Below, piece by piece: positions 34,940-37,742 of a DNA stretch of 37,742 nt; the first letter of the stretch is position 1; the number at the start of each line of letters is the position of its first letter. A program made the translations under genes and the position numbers. Below the pieces are notes generated by a model. That model ran no database searches. It was not told where the DNA came from and saw nothing but the letters and a program-made list of their open reading frames with translations. The DNA lies in the NCBI RefSeq assembly GCF_004010195.1, contig NC_057756.1, positions 5,813,956 through 5,851,697 on the forward strand. Reading direction: 5' to 3'. Source of the DNA: Chiloscyllium plagiosum (taxonomy: Eukaryota).

Positions 34940-36545
34940 TGGTTTAGACTAGGGGGGAGTCAATGGATGTTATCTGCCTGGTCTTCAAGAAGGCCTTTGA
35001 CAAGGTGCCACACAGGAGGCTCCCAAGAAAGATCAGGGCCCACGGTGTTAGAGGCAAGGTGCTAGCATGGATAGATGTCTGGCAGAAAGCAGAGAATGGG
35101 GATAGAAGGGTCCTTCTCAGGATGGCAGCCGGTGGTGAGTGGCGTTCCGCAAGGCTCTGTGTTGGGACCACAATTTTTCACTTGATACATTAACGACTTA
35201 GATGAGGGAACTGAGGGCATTCTGGCTAAGTTTTCAGATGATATAAAGATACGTAGAGGGAGCACTGAGGAGGCGGGGAGGCTGCAGAAGGAGTTGGACA
35301 GGTTAGAGTAGGCAAAGCACTGGCAGATGTGGGAAAGTGTGAGGTCATGCACTTTGGGACGAAGAATAGGGGCATGGACTAATTTCCAAATGGGGAGATT
35401 ATCCAGAAGTTCCCCCCCCCCCCCCCCCCNNNNNNNNNNNNNNNNNNNNNNNNNNNNNNNNNNNNNNNNNNNNNNNNGTGGGGAGAAAGTAGCATAGAGT
35501 ACAATGGGTGAGTGGGGGAGGGGATGAGGGTGAGAGGTCAGGGAGGAGAGGGTGGAGTGGATCAGTGGATCGCTGGAAAAGGAGATAGGCAGGTAGGACA
35601 AGTCCGGACAAGTCAATGGGACAGTGCTGAGCTGCACATTGATGCCCTGGGGTTGAAGTGTTTCAGGCATCAATGTGGACTTCAACAGTTTCCTCATTTC
35701 CCCTTCCCCCACCTCACCCTGGTTTCAAACTTCCAGTCCCCTTGACCTGTCCGGACTTGTCCGACCTGCCTATCTCCTTTTCCACCTATCCACTCCACTC
35801 TCCTCCCTGACCTATCACCTTCATCTCCTCCCCCACTCACCCATTGTACTCTATGCTACTTTCTCCCCACTCCCACCCTCCTCTCGCTTATCTCTCCACG
35901 CTTCAGGCTCACTGCCTTTATTCCTGATGAAGGGCTTTTGCCCGAAACATCGATTTCGAGCTCCTTGGATGCTGCCTGAATTGCTGTGCTCTTCCAGCAC
36001 AACTAATCCAGAATCTGGTTTCCAGCATCTGCAGTCACTGTTTTTACCTAGAATATCCAGAAGTCTGAAGTGCAATGAGACGAGGGAGTTCTAGTCCAGG
36101 ATTCTCTCGAGGTAAACTTGCAGGTTGACTGAGTAGTTAGAATGGCAAATTCAGTGATGGCATTTATTTTGAGAGAAATTGAATATAAAAGCAGGGATGT
36201 ATTTCTGAGGCTCTGGTCGGACCACATTTGGAGTATTGTGCGCAGCTTTGGGCCACATACCTGCGGCCTGTTCAGAGGAGGCCCACGAGAAAGGTTACGT
36301 TTTTCAATCCTGGGACCAATGAGGAATGTCTGGGGACTCTGGGTTTATATTCAATGGAGTTGGAGAAGGATGAGGAGGGATCTACTTGAATGGCCTGGAC
36401 AGAATGGGTGTTGGGAAGATGTTTCCATTGGTCAGAGGGACTGGGACCCGAGGAGAATGGGGTTGAGAAACTTAACAGCCATGGTTGAACGGCAGAGCAG
36501 ACTCAATGGGCAGAATGGCCTAATTTCTGCTCCTATGCCTTATGG
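34940..36545 (+). mobile_element. Decayed CR1 RT, interrupted by a PLE insertion at about 35411-36053
   Basis: DVICLVFKKAFDKVPHRRL, QGSVLGP, FSDD; the PLE has inverted structure, TSD tatccagaagt at 35400-35410 and 36054-36064, and a hammerhead core at 35922-35955. Confidence 0.82.
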
Positions 36546-36591
36546 TCTCTCTCTCTCTCTCTCTCTGTGTTCTCCTCCTCCCACCCCCCAG

Positions 36592-36689
36592 GATCACCTC
36601 TCCGATGCTGCTCATCGCCCTGGTGGTGTTTTTCGGAGCTTGTTACATTGTTCACCTGCGGGCCTCCCAGTCTCGCCTTGTCCTGTTCG
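36592..36689 (+). CDS. RABAC1: PRA1/RABAC1 coding exon 3 (98 nt); the gene continues beyond the window
   Basis: (ct)n/pyrimidine tract plus cag acceptor; reads (V)ITSPMLLIALVVFFGACYIVHLRASQSRLVLF(G), matching mammalian VTSPMLLVALAVFFGACYILYLR; gtaagt donor at 36690; phase consistent with exon 2. Confidence 0.96.
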
Positions 36690-36769
36690 GTAAGTGCCCA
36701 TCCAGATGCTTCGTCAGCGTCGAGTAGCTGCCTGCACCACCCTCTCTGGGCAGCACAGTCACTCGGGTC

Positions 36770-37170
36770 TCCCCTGAGCCACTCCCTCCTCACCTTAAAC
36801 TGATGCCTGCTGCTCTGAGACACATCTGCCCTGGAGGAAAAGATTTGCACCGTCTGTTCTTGTAATGTCGGATACCTCGATCGGGGAAAACAAACCCAAT
36901 ATCTCCTCATAACTGAAGCTTTCCATCCTAGGCAACATCTGAGTGAATCTCCTCTGCACCTTCTCCACTGCAATCACATCCTTCCAATCGTGTGGTGACC
37001 AGAACCATGCCCACTGTTCTATCTGGGTCTTAACCAATGTCTTCTAAGACCTCCCTGTGTCTGTCCTCTACGCCTCGGCTAACGAAGGCAAGCATCCCAT
37101 ACGCCTCTTTCCCCACCCTGTCTTCCTGCACTGATACCTTCAGCAATGTATGGCCTTGTACACCAGGGTC
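36770..37170 (-). mobile_element. CR1 ORF2 C-terminal fragment
   Basis: FWSPHDWKDVIAVEKVQRRFTQMLP. Confidence 0.8.
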
Positions 37171-37742
37171 CCTTTTCAAATAACTACACGGAGGCTGGTA
37201 TCCCATAACCAAGTCGCCCTTTAGTTAAACATCTACGGTACATGACACTGACCCAGCCAGCTCTGAGAGAACAGAACCTCTGTCACTCCTGTTTATAGCT
37301 ATCAGCCAGGGCTCCCTGATTGGGGCTGTCAATCAGGGATCTCCTATTCTGCAGTCCATCTGGCTGACCTCATTCTAATCATTGTACCTTTTATTCCTCA
37401 ATTTTCATGTCATCTGCACATTAGCTAATTATATCTTCAGTGTTCACATCCAGGTCATTAATGTACAAAACAAATACCGGGTTTTCCTTTATTGGTCAGA
37501 GTATTGAATACAGGAGTTGGGAGGGTCATGTTGTGGCTGTACAGGACATTGGTTAGGCCACTGTTGGAATACTGCATACAATAGAGACGTAGAGCACAGA
37601 AACAGACCCTTCGGTCCAACCTGTCCATGCCGACCAGATATCCCAACCCAATCTAGTCCCACCTGCCAGCACCCGGCCCATATCCCTCCAAACCCTTCCT
37701 ATTCATACACCCATCCAAATGCCTCTTAAATGTTGCAATTGT

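Noticed and set aside
34478..35065. Ser/Leu/His-rich ORFs
   Set aside because: Low-complexity CT-rich intron sequence.

Overview
Eukaryotic, repeat-dense genomic DNA with four N-gaps. The HE1/V-SINE-type SINEs, CR1 LINEs and Penelope-like elements (PLEs) point to a cartilaginous fish (shark); this is inferred, not searched. Most of the window is nested transposable elements: CR1 fragments, about ten tRNA-derived V-SINE copies, several PLE families carrying minimal hammerhead-ribozyme cores, a Gmr1-like Gypsy element and a heavily deleted class I ERV with two LTRs. The only host gene I can support is the 5' part of RABAC1/PRA1 on the + strand, which the ORF track missed because it is spliced. 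Its coding exons are 30929-30996, 33878-34090 and 36592-36689, with a probable untranslated first exon ending at 29198. The most striking feature is its promoter: a 41-bp minisatellite whose unit carries a CCAAT (NF-Y) box and GC boxes. The array sits exactly in phase with a unique downstream CCAAT box and is followed by a perfect CRE palindrome. All calls are by eye; no database search was run.
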